IMG/VR virus record: IMGVR_UViG_3300028591_000103
Location: 32,001 to 96,000 of that record
From: a virus
Taxonomy: Duplodnaviria > Caudoviricetes
Length of the DNA: 64,000 nucleotides
Strand: one strand, 5' to 3'
Shown one piece after another: positions 38,892 to 49,300 of the stretch (positions are counted from its first letter, which is position 1; every line of letters starts with the position of its first letter). A program made the position numbers and the translations under genes. Below the pieces are notes generated by a model. The model did no database searches and had not been told where the DNA came from. It worked only from the letters and a program-made list of their open reading frames with translations.

Positions 38892-38910
38892 TATATGATT
38901 ACATCGAATA
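38892..38910 (+). promoter_or_regulatory. Candidate early promoter TATATGATT-N5-GAATA
   Basis: Heads the 38958-41661 plus-strand operon. Confidence 0.4.
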
Positions 38911-38957
38911 TCGCAGAGCCTGTATGCGATATTACTAAAACGTGGAGGTATGTTTAT

Positions 38958-39110
38958 ATGTGCAAGAATCCAGTTGATCTCATTATCAAACATAATAAGG
39001 TGATTTTGAAACCGAATGAAGTGAATGGTATGGATCCACGGATGCTCATTGACACTGATGAGAACAATGACACAAAAATCAAAAAGGAGGAAAAGAAAAA
39101 TGGAAAATGA
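38958..39110 (+). CDS. Small hypothetical protein
   Basis: GGAGGT RBS before MCKNPVD; 50 aa. Confidence 0.5.
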   Translation: MCKNPVDLIIKHNKVILKPNEVNGMDPRMLIDTDENNDTKIKKEEKKNGK

Positions 39111-39663
39111 AAAGTTTATCGACGTAACTGAAGAAGCTGATGTGTCTGATGCAATTCTTGAGCATGAGGCAAATCCAGAACCTGCTAAGAATCTTGATAC
39201 CGTGTTGTCATCTGCGTTAATGGATAACAATGACAACACGATCAAGATCCATTCTATATCAGCGAACACGTATCTGATGGATCGTGCTACAGTTGACTGG
39301 GAGCAAACAAGTCTCCCTGAAAATCTCCAGAAGATTTATAACAACAAAGATTACATTTATCGAGTATTGCGAGATCTTATGTTTACTCGAAATGTCGATG
39401 CTGAAGATATGAAGAAATTCGCAACTGATCAGGCTATGAATTTCGTAAAGCCTTTTGTAGAAGAATTCGGAATCCGTCCGAATTATAAAATGACATATCC
39501 CGATGCAGCTGAAATCGACGTTGCAATGTGTTATTGTTTTGATGCGATCATCATTCTGATGACCATCTTGACAGAAATCGCCGTATATCGCGCAACTCAT
39601 CCGGTAACAGCATCTGAAGTAGATGTTGAAAATATTGAAACCCACGAGGAGGAACAATCATGA
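39100..39663 (+). CDS. Hypothetical acidic protein
   Basis: AAGGAGG RBS before MENEKF. Confidence 0.7.
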   Translation: MENEKFIDVTEEADVSDAILEHEANPEPAKNLDTVLSSALMDNNDNTIKIHSISANTYLMDRATVDWEQTSLPENLQKIYNNKDYIYRVLRDLMFTRNVDAEDMKKFATDQAMNFVKPFVEEFGIRPNYKMTYPDAAEIDVAMCYCFDAIIILMTILTEIAVYRATHPVTASEVDVENIETHEEEQS

Positions 39664-40478
39664 ATATCACGTTCAAAAAAATCCCAACCGCACAGATTCC
39701 CGATAATGTCATACAAATCACCGACATATTGAAGTTGGTAGAACTCCCTTCCGCTGATGCCGATGGAAAGGTTTCGTTGTCTCTGTTCTTTACAACAGAG
39801 AACAATCCGGAGACATATCTTTTTGAAGTAATTCCGGATACACAGACAGGAGCTCTCTCAGATGTCGTGAATGATATTCTGAAGAATCTGTTTGAGAAGA
39901 ATATCGAAGGTATCGATGACAATGAGCTGGGTCCGATCATTCGCGCTGTCAATATTGTCGCAGGGGATATTGCGAAGAATGAGTCATTCGATCCAACTGA
40001 TAAAATCGTCTATCACATGCTCAATGGTATGACGATCTTTTCCAATATGCGTGCACTCAATTGGGAAGATCTTATTAACCATCTGGGTGATATGGAGATG
40101 ACTGCAAACAATGTCCGTGTTCTGCTTCGTCTTCTGTTGACCGAACGTGTATTCACTCCTCCGAAGACTGATGACAATCCGGAACCGAAAGAAGTACCGG
40201 TTGAGGAATTCGTTGCAGATGAAATCAGGAAGTTCCGGGAAAACAACAAATATGACATTGATTACAGCATGTTCGACAATGACATTATTCCGACACGTGG
40301 TGTTCTGATCGCCGAGGTCATTGATATGCTGGAGATCTATAATGAATTCATCACTGTCACCAACATGATGAAAGTACAGCGTGATATCCTGAAAGCAACA
40401 CAACCGGAGATTCCGGAGAATGAGACATCCACAGAAGAAATCCCGACCACTGAAGCAGAAATTGTCAGTGAGGGGTGA
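39660..40478 (+). CDS. Hypothetical acidic protein, possible distant paralog of the upstream gene
   Basis: 272 aa, ATGA overlap, GGAGG RBS. Confidence 0.7.
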   Translation: MNITFKKIPTAQIPDNVIQITDILKLVELPSADADGKVSLSLFFTTENNPETYLFEVIPDTQTGALSDVVNDILKNLFEKNIEGIDDNELGPIIRAVNIVAGDIAKNESFDPTDKIVYHMLNGMTIFSNMRALNWEDLINHLGDMEMTANNVRVLLRLLLTERVFTPPKTDDNPEPKEVPVEEFVADEIRKFRENNKYDIDYSMFDNDIIPTRGVLIAEVIDMLEIYNEFITVTNMMKVQRDILKATQPEIPENETSTEEIPTTEAEIVSEG

Positions 40479-40484
40479 GTAAAA

Positions 40485-40667
40485 TTGAAACGGATCATCA
40501 TTGGTTCTGTTGCAATTGTTTCGGTTTCTTTCATGCTCGGTTGTATTTACCGAGCATGGGAGAATCATCAGAATAAATTAAGACGTATACAGCGTGAGAA
40601 TGAAAACGCTGCAAAATGTCCATACTATATTGAAGGGAGAAATGGTCATGTTCGTTGTGCACCATAA
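40485..40667 (+). CDS. Small membrane protein
   Basis: 60 aa with an N-terminal hydrophobic helix and TTG start. Confidence 0.4.
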   Translation: MKRIIIGSVAIVSVSFMLGCIYRAWENHQNKLRRIQRENENAAKCPYYIEGRNGHVRCAP

Positions 40668-41661
40668 CGACGATGACGGAAGATGTGCTGCGGCAATTGT
40701 ACAACGCGAATTCACATCATTTGAAACTGTTGATGAACACAATTACATCGAATATGGACACAGTGGTGAAATCGCACATGATTTCATCGAAGAACTGCGT
40801 CCGATGGGTGATAGTGTTTATATCGTTGATCTTGCTCTGGATGATGTGATTATTCAATTGATCAGAGATATTTTAGCACAAAAGCCGAATACAAAAATTA
40901 TTCATATCGATCATCATGAAACGACATTCAAACGCATGGAGAATTTATCTGACGAAGATAAAGTCATTATGTCAAATGAGAATATCACGAAATTCTATCG
41001 GAAAGATGCTTGTGGTGCTCTGTTGACATATATCTATTCATGCATGACAGAAGATGAGAGAGCTCATATCGATGAAATGTATTATGACTTTACAGAGGAA
41101 GGTAGTCATTTTGCATTCTTCCTGGATACTCCTCAGCAGAGAATCTATCGTATTCCGATGATGTTGCGATACATCAACGATTGGGATACATGGACACACG
41201 CTTTCAAAGAAACCAAGTATTTCAATCTTGGATTCGGATGTGTTGGGGATAAGCATCCAATGAATCCTGTATGGGATATCCTGTACGGAAATGATATCAC
41301 CATTATCGACAAATATCTCAAAGACGGAATGGCGATCTATTCGTACAAGGAATCTGAAAACAGACACAAGATGAAGTTTGCTCATGAATACAACATCTCA
41401 TGGGTTACAAGAGATGGGGAATTCAAGCAGACAACAATGTTGTGTCTGAATTCGAACGGCAATTCCACTGTATTCGGTGATAAGATCAATGAATACGATG
41501 TCGTGTGTTTGTACATGTATCATGGAGATACACAAAAATGGTATTACTCGATATATTCAACACGTGGCATCGACGTCTCTGAAATCGCTGAATATTATGG
41601 TGGTGGCGGACATCCGGGTGCATCTGGATTCCAGATCGATGATTTAATTTTCCTTCGATAA
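40648..41661 (+). CDS. DHH/DHHA1 phosphoesterase
   Basis: HHNDDDG, IVDL, IDHH and GGGGHPGASGF motifs. Confidence 0.9.
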   Translation: MFVVHHNDDDGRCAAAIVQREFTSFETVDEHNYIEYGHSGEIAHDFIEELRPMGDSVYIVDLALDDVIIQLIRDILAQKPNTKIIHIDHHETTFKRMENLSDEDKVIMSNENITKFYRKDACGALLTYIYSCMTEDERAHIDEMYYDFTEEGSHFAFFLDTPQQRIYRIPMMLRYINDWDTWTHAFKETKYFNLGFGCVGDKHPMNPVWDILYGNDITIIDKYLKDGMAIYSYKESENRHKMKFAHEYNISWVTRDGEFKQTTMLCLNSNGNSTVFGDKINEYDVVCLYMYHGDTQKWYYSIYSTRGIDVSEIAEYYGGGGHPGASGFQIDDLIFLR

Positions 41662-41670
41662 AAGCATTTA

Positions 41671-41700
41671 GATATATGGGGGCAGTAGCCCCCATATATC
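41671..41700. terminator. Hairpin GATATATGGGGGC-AGTA-GCCCCCATATATC
   Basis: 13-bp perfect stem 10 nt after the DHH gene stop. Confidence 0.75.
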
Positions 41701-42021
41701 CATGCGTTCCTTTGATATTGATTGCCCGCGACATTGTCTTTAAACAATATCGATGCGTGCTCGGAGAAACCAATATCTGTATATATACAATCACACTGAT
41801 GAAAACAAAACCCATCCAAAGTTCCGATTCACTTAATACAAGAGGTGGTAAGAATCAAGTGAATGATGCGCATCACAGATTCATCTCGATCATTGGTCAA
41901 CGCCGCATGAACTTATTTTTTTTTATACACATAATCTGTGTGAGATGGTTCTTAAGCAATATCGTAAATCCCGAGATTCCATTGAATGAGAATTGTCGCT
42001 CTTTTCACCAATATGATTGGA

Positions 42022-43935
42022 TCACGCCTTCACGACCTTTTCTAACGGTGTAACAGTAGGTTCTATTCCATTTAATGTTTGAGATAAGCCGACATTGATT
42101 GCTGTTGAGATATCTTGGAATAATAATCCTTGAAGGATACCTGCCCGTTGTACAGCTTCACGGAATGCAACCTTCGTATATGACAATGGATTCACATCCG
42201 GATGTTTTCCGTATACATATGCAAACGGTTTTCCGGAATGCTGACATACACGACGTGCCATGATCTCATATGTAATTGAAGGACCTGTCAGATCGATACG
42301 ATTGATTTCCAAACAACGGAACATCATTTCGACCATGATGTTATATGGGATCTGTGGTGTTTTACTATACAAGAATACTTGGTTGATGAAGAATTCCACA
42401 TTTGCAACATTCTGTCGAATTGCAACGGAACATACACGTGATCCAGTGTCATATGGAATGATATAATATTCTGGGTCTTCTTGAATATCGTCATAAATTT
42501 TGAAATCAACGGATCCAGGAATTGTTAATCTGTCGGAGTGTAATTCTTTTCCTGCATTGTCATAGAACTTGACAGGGACTACACCGAATGCGGATGCGGA
42601 CGTTGCTTCAATGGAGAATCCCTTAAAGTCTTCGAATACGCGTGGGATAAATACCTTCATTGGAACTTTGTTGACAATGAATCCTTCTTCCACATCATAA
42701 TATTTGCTATTGACTTCAAACAGATGTTTCTTATCGATGATAGCCGCCTTCATCGTCAAGTCATGTTTTGATTTCAATTTCAAGTTCAGAAGTTTCTGTG
42801 TGATGGAGGTTGTCAACAATCCGACTTGTGTAACTCCGAGATTATGGAAAACTCTTCCTGCACATTTTCCACAGATTGCATCATGTGTGCAACATTGTGG
42901 TGAATACATTTGAACCGTTTTTCCAACAAAGTTTCCAATGTTGTCATTTGTCGTCATCACAGTTTTTCCATTCCAATTAATGTTTCGATATAACATGTAT
43001 TGTTTATTGGAATCAGTAATTGTAATTGGTATCGTAACAGATGTACCACAATCAGAGTTTGGATCCGGGTCAATATGTTCTGATTGCAATAATGCAAGGA
43101 TGATCTTTGCCATGTAGCCGGCATCAGCGGTACCAACTGCAGACGGATATGCACCGGCAACAACTGAATTTGAGAATGCTGGGATGTCTTGTTTTTTGAT
43201 ACCATCCATAAGAGATGATTCAACGACATCAAATTTTCCGGTAATATTATTGTAAACCGGACCTCTCATAACATTAATGGTTTTATAGTTATTATCCAAA
43301 TTACCATCACCAGATGCATACAGATCATAACCATAGTCACCTTTCAGATTCTTACGAACCATTCCCATGAGTTCTTTCTCAATTGCACCAGATGCAAGTA
43401 ACTGTTTCGTCGGGTCATTCGATTTCAAATCCGCTTCATGTTCTTTTAACAATTCCATCTTCCGTTGTTTTACATCATTCATAGGACGAACCAATGTTGC
43501 TGAGATGGACGATGATAAGAATGAGGCTGCCTGGAATCCCAGTGTATCACGTTTATCAACAAATTTACCAAGCGTCTTTGTATCAATTTTATCCGTGATA
43601 ACGAGATTGTTTACAATTGTATTCATCTTACCGAGATTCTTGGAATTTAATTCATTATTCCAATACCCCATAAATTGAATCAATCCCGTTGATTCCAACA
43701 GAAAACGATTCATGAATAACAACCCCAGAGTTGTTTCAAGTTCTTCTTTGACATATTCATATTCGGAATGGGATAATTTAATTGTATCAGTCGCATTGAA
43801 TGGTGGTTGTACCATCTTATGTGCAGTACGATCATAATATCCAGCAAATAAACTTTCCAAGAAATCTTTATTGAATTCGGATATATCTGCAGAGAGAATC
43901 CGTTGTTTTCCGACATTCGCATTATTTTCAGCCAT
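42022..43935 (-). CDS. Multisubunit phage RNA polymerase beta'-subunit C-terminal fragment
   Basis: Bridge-helix-like AVGTADAGYMAK, zinc site DCGT...YSPQCC...ICGKCAG, and trigger-loop-like QKLLNLKLKSKH. No NADFDGD motif in this fragment. Confidence 0.85.
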   Translation of the reverse strand: MAENNANVGKQRILSADISEFNKDFLESLFAGYYDRTAHKMVQPPFNATDTIKLSHSEYEYVKEELETTLGLLFMNRFLLESTGLIQFMGYWNNELNSKNLGKMNTIVNNLVITDKIDTKTLGKFVDKRDTLGFQAASFLSSSISATLVRPMNDVKQRKMELLKEHEADLKSNDPTKQLLASGAIEKELMGMVRKNLKGDYGYDLYASGDGNLDNNYKTINVMRGPVYNNITGKFDVVESSLMDGIKKQDIPAFSNSVVAGAYPSAVGTADAGYMAKIILALLQSEHIDPDPNSDCGTSVTIPITITDSNKQYMLYRNINWNGKTVMTTNDNIGNFVGKTVQMYSPQCCTHDAICGKCAGRVFHNLGVTQVGLLTTSITQKLLNLKLKSKHDLTMKAAIIDKKHLFEVNSKYYDVEEGFIVNKVPMKVFIPRVFEDFKGFSIEATSASAFGVVPVKFYDNAGKELHSDRLTIPGSVDFKIYDDIQEDPEYYIIPYDTGSRVCSVAIRQNVANVEFFINQVFLYSKTPQIPYNIMVEMMFRCLEINRIDLTGPSITYEIMARRVCQHSGKPFAYVYGKHPDVNPLSYTKVAFREAVQRAGILQGLLFQDISTAINVGLSQTLNGIEPTVTPLEKVVKA

Positions 43936-43966
43936 AACAAAACCCTCCTTATGATTATGGACCAGA

Positions 43967-43979
43967 TTACTGTTCGGTT
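43967..43979 (-). promoter_or_regulatory. Candidate late promoter AAC-N7-TAA (AACCGAACAGTAA)
   Basis: Upstream of the RNAP beta' fragment. Confidence 0.5.
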
Positions 43980-44000
43980 TTATTTTTTATTTACCATATG

Positions 44001-44020
44001 TATATTATTATAAATGAATA
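44001..44020 (+). promoter_or_regulatory. Candidate early promoter TATATTATT-N6-GAATA
   Basis: CATATGTATAT context shared with the site at 31240..31258. Confidence 0.4.
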
Positions 44021-44132
44021 CGGGTGCAATCTACCGTATTTACATGACATTTCGAGATAGAATATGTGTAATCGTACGGATTCTCATAAGATATCCGAAA
44101 TGATCAAATTTATTTTAAAGGAGGCACACGCC

Positions 44133-44708
44133 ATGATTGTCAACAACATGATCCTAATCAGGGTCGCACAAGCGAATATGCAACAGCTGTTCGCATCAAC
44201 CCAAATCACCGTTTCTGTGAAAGAAGTAGGTGATGATCCATCATTTCGACTTCTAACCATCACATTAGATGGAAAGAAAAAAGACCAAGCAGAGGTCCAG
44301 TTGGAAATGAGGGATGGGAAGGTCATCGGTATTCAATTGAATGCAAATCAGGTTACCGATGTAACGATTGATCTTGTGAGAACCGCGAAAGCGATATCCA
44401 AGAAACTCGAAGAACTCAGAAATATAAAAACGGTTTATTATTATGATGATAACTATTTGATCTCGGATTTTAGAGAGATCGGTATCGATTCTGATGATGG
44501 AAGAAGAGATTTATTAATCAATAATAACAAAATCTATTCATTGGTCAAGTGTCGAAAGAATCGAGTAATCACAGAGCCACTGACGGAAGCACAACTGATC
44601 AATCTGATTCATATTGTGGCTAACTCGAAACATAGCGAACTGGATGTTCGCGATGCAATTGTTCATACCTTCGTCGATTATGACGAGTATGAGTGGGAGG
44701 AAGAATGA
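44133..44708 (+). CDS. Hypothetical protein
   Basis: AAGGAGG RBS before MIVNNM. Confidence 0.7.
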   Translation: MIVNNMILIRVAQANMQQLFASTQITVSVKEVGDDPSFRLLTITLDGKKKDQAEVQLEMRDGKVIGIQLNANQVTDVTIDLVRTAKAISKKLEELRNIKTVYYYDDNYLISDFREIGIDSDDGRRDLLINNNKIYSLVKCRKNRVITEPLTEAQLINLIHIVANSKHSELDVRDAIVHTFVDYDEYEWEEE

Positions 44709-44714
44709 GAGGAT

Positions 44715-44759
44715 GGATGGAGGTGGGGGCGTTTGCCCCCACTCATCCGATTTTTTTTT
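44715..44759 (+). terminator. Intrinsic terminator GTGGGGGC-GTTT-GCCCCCAC followed by T9
   Basis: Stem plus U-tract between convergent genes. Confidence 0.8.
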
Positions 44760-44760
44760 G

Positions 44761-45207
44761 TTATCGTAATCCGTGATAGAGTAATGTGTAACGTGGTTTA
44801 TCTTCATCGAAGAATTTCCAACGAATGAAATCATCCAATACAATTGCAACACCTGAAAGGAAGAACCAATAGATGGAATTCCGTAAACAGATCTGTCCAT
44901 ACAGATTGAAACATCTGTCGGAATAATCCCACACATTCCATCCAAGTTTGATGTTCACAATGTATCCGGAAATGAGTTCCATCGCAGTAATCACAAAACA
45001 ACCAATCCCCATTTGCAACAGGAATGGTGTTTTCCATGTATACCATTCGTTGAGTAATCCGATTATGACAAAACATAATCCACCAACGATGAACATAGAC
45101 CAATGTGTGAAACCACGTCCAATAATTTCCATCAACGCATAAATGATTCCACCGATAACGAATAAAATGAATTCACATATCAAGAATTTCTTGATGGATT
45201 CTTTCAT
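44761..45207 (-). CDS. CmpB-like (ABC_trans_CmpB) membrane protein
   Basis: GGIIY..MEI..RG.THWSMF.VGG...E..SG...N..LGWNVWDYS...NL.GQIC pattern. Confidence 0.8.
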   Translation of the reverse strand: MKESIKKFLICEFILFVIGGIIYALMEIIGRGFTHWSMFIVGGLCFVIIGLLNEWYTWKTPFLLQMGIGCFVITAMELISGYIVNIKLGWNVWDYSDRCFNLYGQICLRNSIYWFFLSGVAIVLDDFIRWKFFDEDKPRYTLLYHGLR

Positions 45208-45602
45208 TATTCCTCACCTGACGATTCGTTTGAAGTGCGGACACTGTCGTACACAGCAGCCATCAGATTCATGATGTATGTACGATGTTGCGGTGTATCG
45301 ATGTTGCTGTAATTTTCCTGGATAACACCGCTGGAATTGATTGTCATGGTTGCAACACGCGGAGAACCACCAATGAGAGTCCGATTGATACCGATTGTTA
45401 CGATGCCATCAAAGAGAGACTCATCCAGCATTGCAATGATTTCCCATTCATCTGTCTGAAGGATATATCTTGTGGAAGATTCAGGAGTCATCGATTCAGT
45501 GGTCTCGGTTTCGATCGCTTTGATAACATTATCGAAGATGGTGTTCTGCGTACGAATCTCTGTGATTCGTTGGTCCATACGTTCTTGGATATCGGTTTTC
45601 AT
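45207..45602 (-). CDS. Hypothetical protein
   Basis: 131 aa, AAAGGAGG RBS. Confidence 0.7.
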   Translation of the reverse strand: MKTDIQERMDQRITEIRTQNTIFDNVIKAIETETTESMTPESSTRYILQTDEWEIIAMLDESLFDGIVTIGINRTLIGGSPRVATMTINSSGVIQENYSNIDTPQHRTYIMNLMAAVYDSVRTSNESSGEE

Positions 45603-45637
45603 TTAGAAAACCTCCTTTCATTTTAATTAATTTTCTG

Positions 45638-46294
45638 TCAAACAGTGATAATGCTCTTTTCAGGATGAAGAATTCTATCATAGTCATAGGGGTCTTCAAT
45701 TTTATCGGTATAAACAACACCCGTTGTCGAAGTGATTGCTTCCATCTGTTCTTGAAGATCCGGTGACAATTCATCACCGTATTGGAATACACATATCTGT
45801 TCAAATGATGAAAGTGTTTTGATATATGCTTTCGCAAAGTTATTGTATGTCGTATGATATGTAACCCAGTTCACGGATAATTGCGCAATTGTCAGAATTT
45901 CTTCCGGTGTGTATTGACGACACAATTGTCCATCCGCATGATAGAATATTGGTATCTGTGGAAATGACATCGCTTGTGTTGCCAATTTTGATAAATTGAT
46001 CTGGTCGGTTTCTGTTAATGAATAATGATCATCACCATACTGGATACCGGATTCGATTACCGATCGACATGTTTTTGACAAAAAGGATATCTTCTCCTGT
46101 TTTGCTTCATTTGCATGTTTGTAATCGGTATCCTGCTTTCTGACGAATTGGCCGTTTATATATTTATATGAGAATATGTCTGACATGATATCATATGGGA
46201 TATTTTCCACATAAATATTTTCCGGATTATCCGGATCACCTCCAACCGTCATCAATCGAGTAATTTCATAGTTTTCATTGATGTTGATAAACAC
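45638..46294 (-). CDS. Tail-fibre accessory protein (DUF4376-like)
   Basis: HYSLTETDQINL...YHADGQLCRQY...TYHTTY; directly downstream of the long fibre gene. Confidence 0.7.
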   Translation of the reverse strand: MFININENYEITRLMTVGGDPDNPENIYVENIPYDIMSDIFSYKYINGQFVRKQDTDYKHANEAKQEKISFLSKTCRSVIESGIQYGDDHYSLTETDQINLSKLATQAMSFPQIPIFYHADGQLCRQYTPEEILTIAQLSVNWVTYHTTYNNFAKAYIKTLSSFEQICVFQYGDELSPDLQEQMEAITSTTGVVYTDKIEDPYDYDRILHPEKSIITV

Positions 46295-46306
46295 ATTATC
46301 ACCTCC

Positions 46307-49300
46307 TTAATACAGACCATATATTGTCCACAGACCACGTCCACCAATCGTATCTATTCCGCTATTATAATAGCCGATTGTGAATTTATTGTCATTCACA
46401 TATATCAGCTTCATATAATTTCTACCTGTTGGGTTATTCTCGACTGTGAATGGGAGTGGTATATGCATTTCTCCAGAGGTTCCTAATGATTTTAAATATT
46501 CCAATGGAATGATTGCTTGGAAGCTGGAGCATTCATCACCACCACCATAGATCAGACGTGTACATTGTGCCAAAAGAACTTTCCAGTTTGTGAATAAACC
46601 CGTGACTTCAATTGGCATTGGAAGCACCGATAAGTTATCCGTTGATTCAAAGATTTTTGGTTGACCACATGCTCCGTTCATGATCATTCGCCATACTGGA
46701 TAGTATGATGATCCATTACAAGTGTAGAATGCTATTGTGCTTGGTGGAAATTTCGTATATCCAGATGTCGCAGTAAAGTTTGGAGCCGGGTTTGATATGA
46801 TTTTTAATGTAAACGCACCGGCATTGTATGAAGTGGCCACACCAATATATTCAATACGAACACCGGCAAGATCCATTTCATAATTGATACCATTGACAGC
46901 CAATCGCAAAATGTCATTATCCGAATAACTCCATGTTGTTTGCAATACAACATGCTCATATATTCCGGAGTGAATATACTTTTTTGTCGTCATCAGCCAA
47001 TTCATCAAGGTTTGCAATGTAATCTTTTGTCGTTTTGACGAACCTGTTTGAATTGCAAATGGTGTAATCAGTTTTCGACCATTACACCCGATCAAACCTG
47101 TCGAAGGTTGTGCATATAGATTTGCAGAAGCGTATACTTGCTGTGTGACAGTTGTTGTTAAATCAGATGGTGTTGTCGAATTATTATAACCCAACATCAA
47201 CGCTCGAAAGTCTGTTGTTGATGAAATTGATTGTGTAACATAGGTGTTTGTATTTGTGTTATAATCCGAATGTGTCCAACGTGCGTCTGTTGTTGCTGTT
47301 CCACTAACTTTGATTGCGCCTGCTTCAAAGTATGTCAATATGATTGTTGATCCTGCCGGATAATGTGTTGTCAATCGGGTTGTGCCATTCCAGTAACAAT
47401 TGATCGCACCAGTTGTTGCACCTGTAGACAATGTCAGATTCAATGTAACATTCGTGGAAGCCGCGGATGCATATGGTAAATAATATGCAATCGTCAAACC
47501 GTTATGCAGTTTCGATGCAGGAATCGTGCCGGTCCATGCTGCTGTTGATGCGGTTTGTGTACCGATAACATAGTAGAAACCAGTTCCAGGTGCAGTGATA
47601 TCTCTCGGAATATCTAAACTTGAAACAACTGTCAATGAATCATCAACAACTGCACCATTTCCCCATGTGATATTATATGTTCCTCTAACTGTGATATCCG
47701 GATCTAACCACGTGCAATATACTGTCATACCATTATTATTCGTTGTATTATAATAGAAATCAACATATAATGTGTTTCCGTCAGAAGATTTTGTCATTCT
47801 TATTTTTGGGATATATTGTGTAGCTGCGGAATTCGATTTTGAATATAATATTTCAAAACCTTCTGTAGCATTATACAGTCCTATCATACGTACGGAAAAC
47901 ACTTCCGGTTGTCCATTATTATAATTACGGATACATGTCAATTCAATTGTTCGAACTATTCTACCGGATGCTGATGCAGAACATGGGAATGATAAGACGC
48001 GGTGCCATCCAACAGTATTCCACCCAGAAAACACATGTGCCATGTTTAATCCAATATTGTGTTGAAGTTTATTCTGGATATACGAATACAATGCAGACAC
48101 AGGTCTTCTGTGATATGTCGTTGTTGACGTTCCTCCATTTGCGTATTGTGAAATATAATAATCAGCATCGGAAGGAACGGAAGAACCCGTGGTGAGTAAA
48201 TTGATTGCAGCATTCACACCAGCATTTGTATTCGGGACGTAATCCAAAGCAGGAATATCACCTTTGGCTACGGATGCTGTGGCGGACACATGTCCCGCTG
48301 CATCAACTGTGATCTTATATAATCCAGAAGTTTTTGATGTATATGCTTTATGTGAGATCTTCACACCAGAATTGTATGTGAATGCTGCAGTACCACTGCC
48401 GACTGTCGTTGTTGTTGCAGCAACGCTCAGATACGAATCGGTTGTAACAGATGACGCTGTAAGAATGCCATTCCACGTAGACCAATTGGATGAATTTGTA
48501 CCACCAGTATCGTTCTGCCGATACATTAAACTTCCGCCACCATTCGGCATAAGTTGGAATTTATCATTACCAGCGTCGGCTTGAATTCCTACCCAGTCAT
48601 TTATATTACCTAACAGATTAACTCCTTTGAAGAAGAAGCAACCAGCTGTGTTGTTGACTGTGGTTGCATCAACACTTTTGCACGTCAATGTTTCATGTGT
48701 ATGACCTTCCAATGAGACATTAGTGCCATCTAATTTTAATATCCCTTTTCCGATATACAAACCAACATCAGTTCCCCATGGAGCGTTATTATGATGATAT
48801 GGTCTCAGAATGATAGCACCCTTATCAGTGGAATCTCCACCCGTATTATGGAATGTGATACCTGGTTTGTAAGTTGTTGATGTAGCACCATTAACATTCC
48901 ATTCAACAAGAGTAACTGCATTCGAATCACTTCTGAGATTTTGTTGTATCATCGTGTGTTGTGCAGACAGTTCATCAGTTATAGCCCCAGGTGTTAACAA
49001 TGTACCATCCGTTTGGAACTTCCAAACTCTGTGATTGTTGTTGTTGTATGTTGCGATACTTCCTGCATTCGAAATAATCTGAACTTCGGTATCGGCACCA
49101 AGATACAGCTTTTCAGTTTCTGTCGTAACGATATTGTCGTATCCAACCTGTGTTGTATTTGATGAATTTTTTCGTGCATATGCGTTAGTAGCAAACTCAC
49201 CGCCACCAATCACCATATTTCCGTCACATGAGAAAAGTGCAGTCATTCCTGATGTCGCCAACGGATACATGACGATTCCAGGTGCAGTATGTGCTTTGCC

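Noticed and set aside
38532-39269. 245-aa version of the holin ORF
   Set aside because: The N-terminal extension overlaps plus-strand genes; the RBS and holin-like sequence begin at 38870.
41676-42053. 125-aa plus-strand ORF in the intergenic island
   Set aside because: It begins inside a hairpin, has no RBS, runs through a T9 tract and shows no recognisable protein features.
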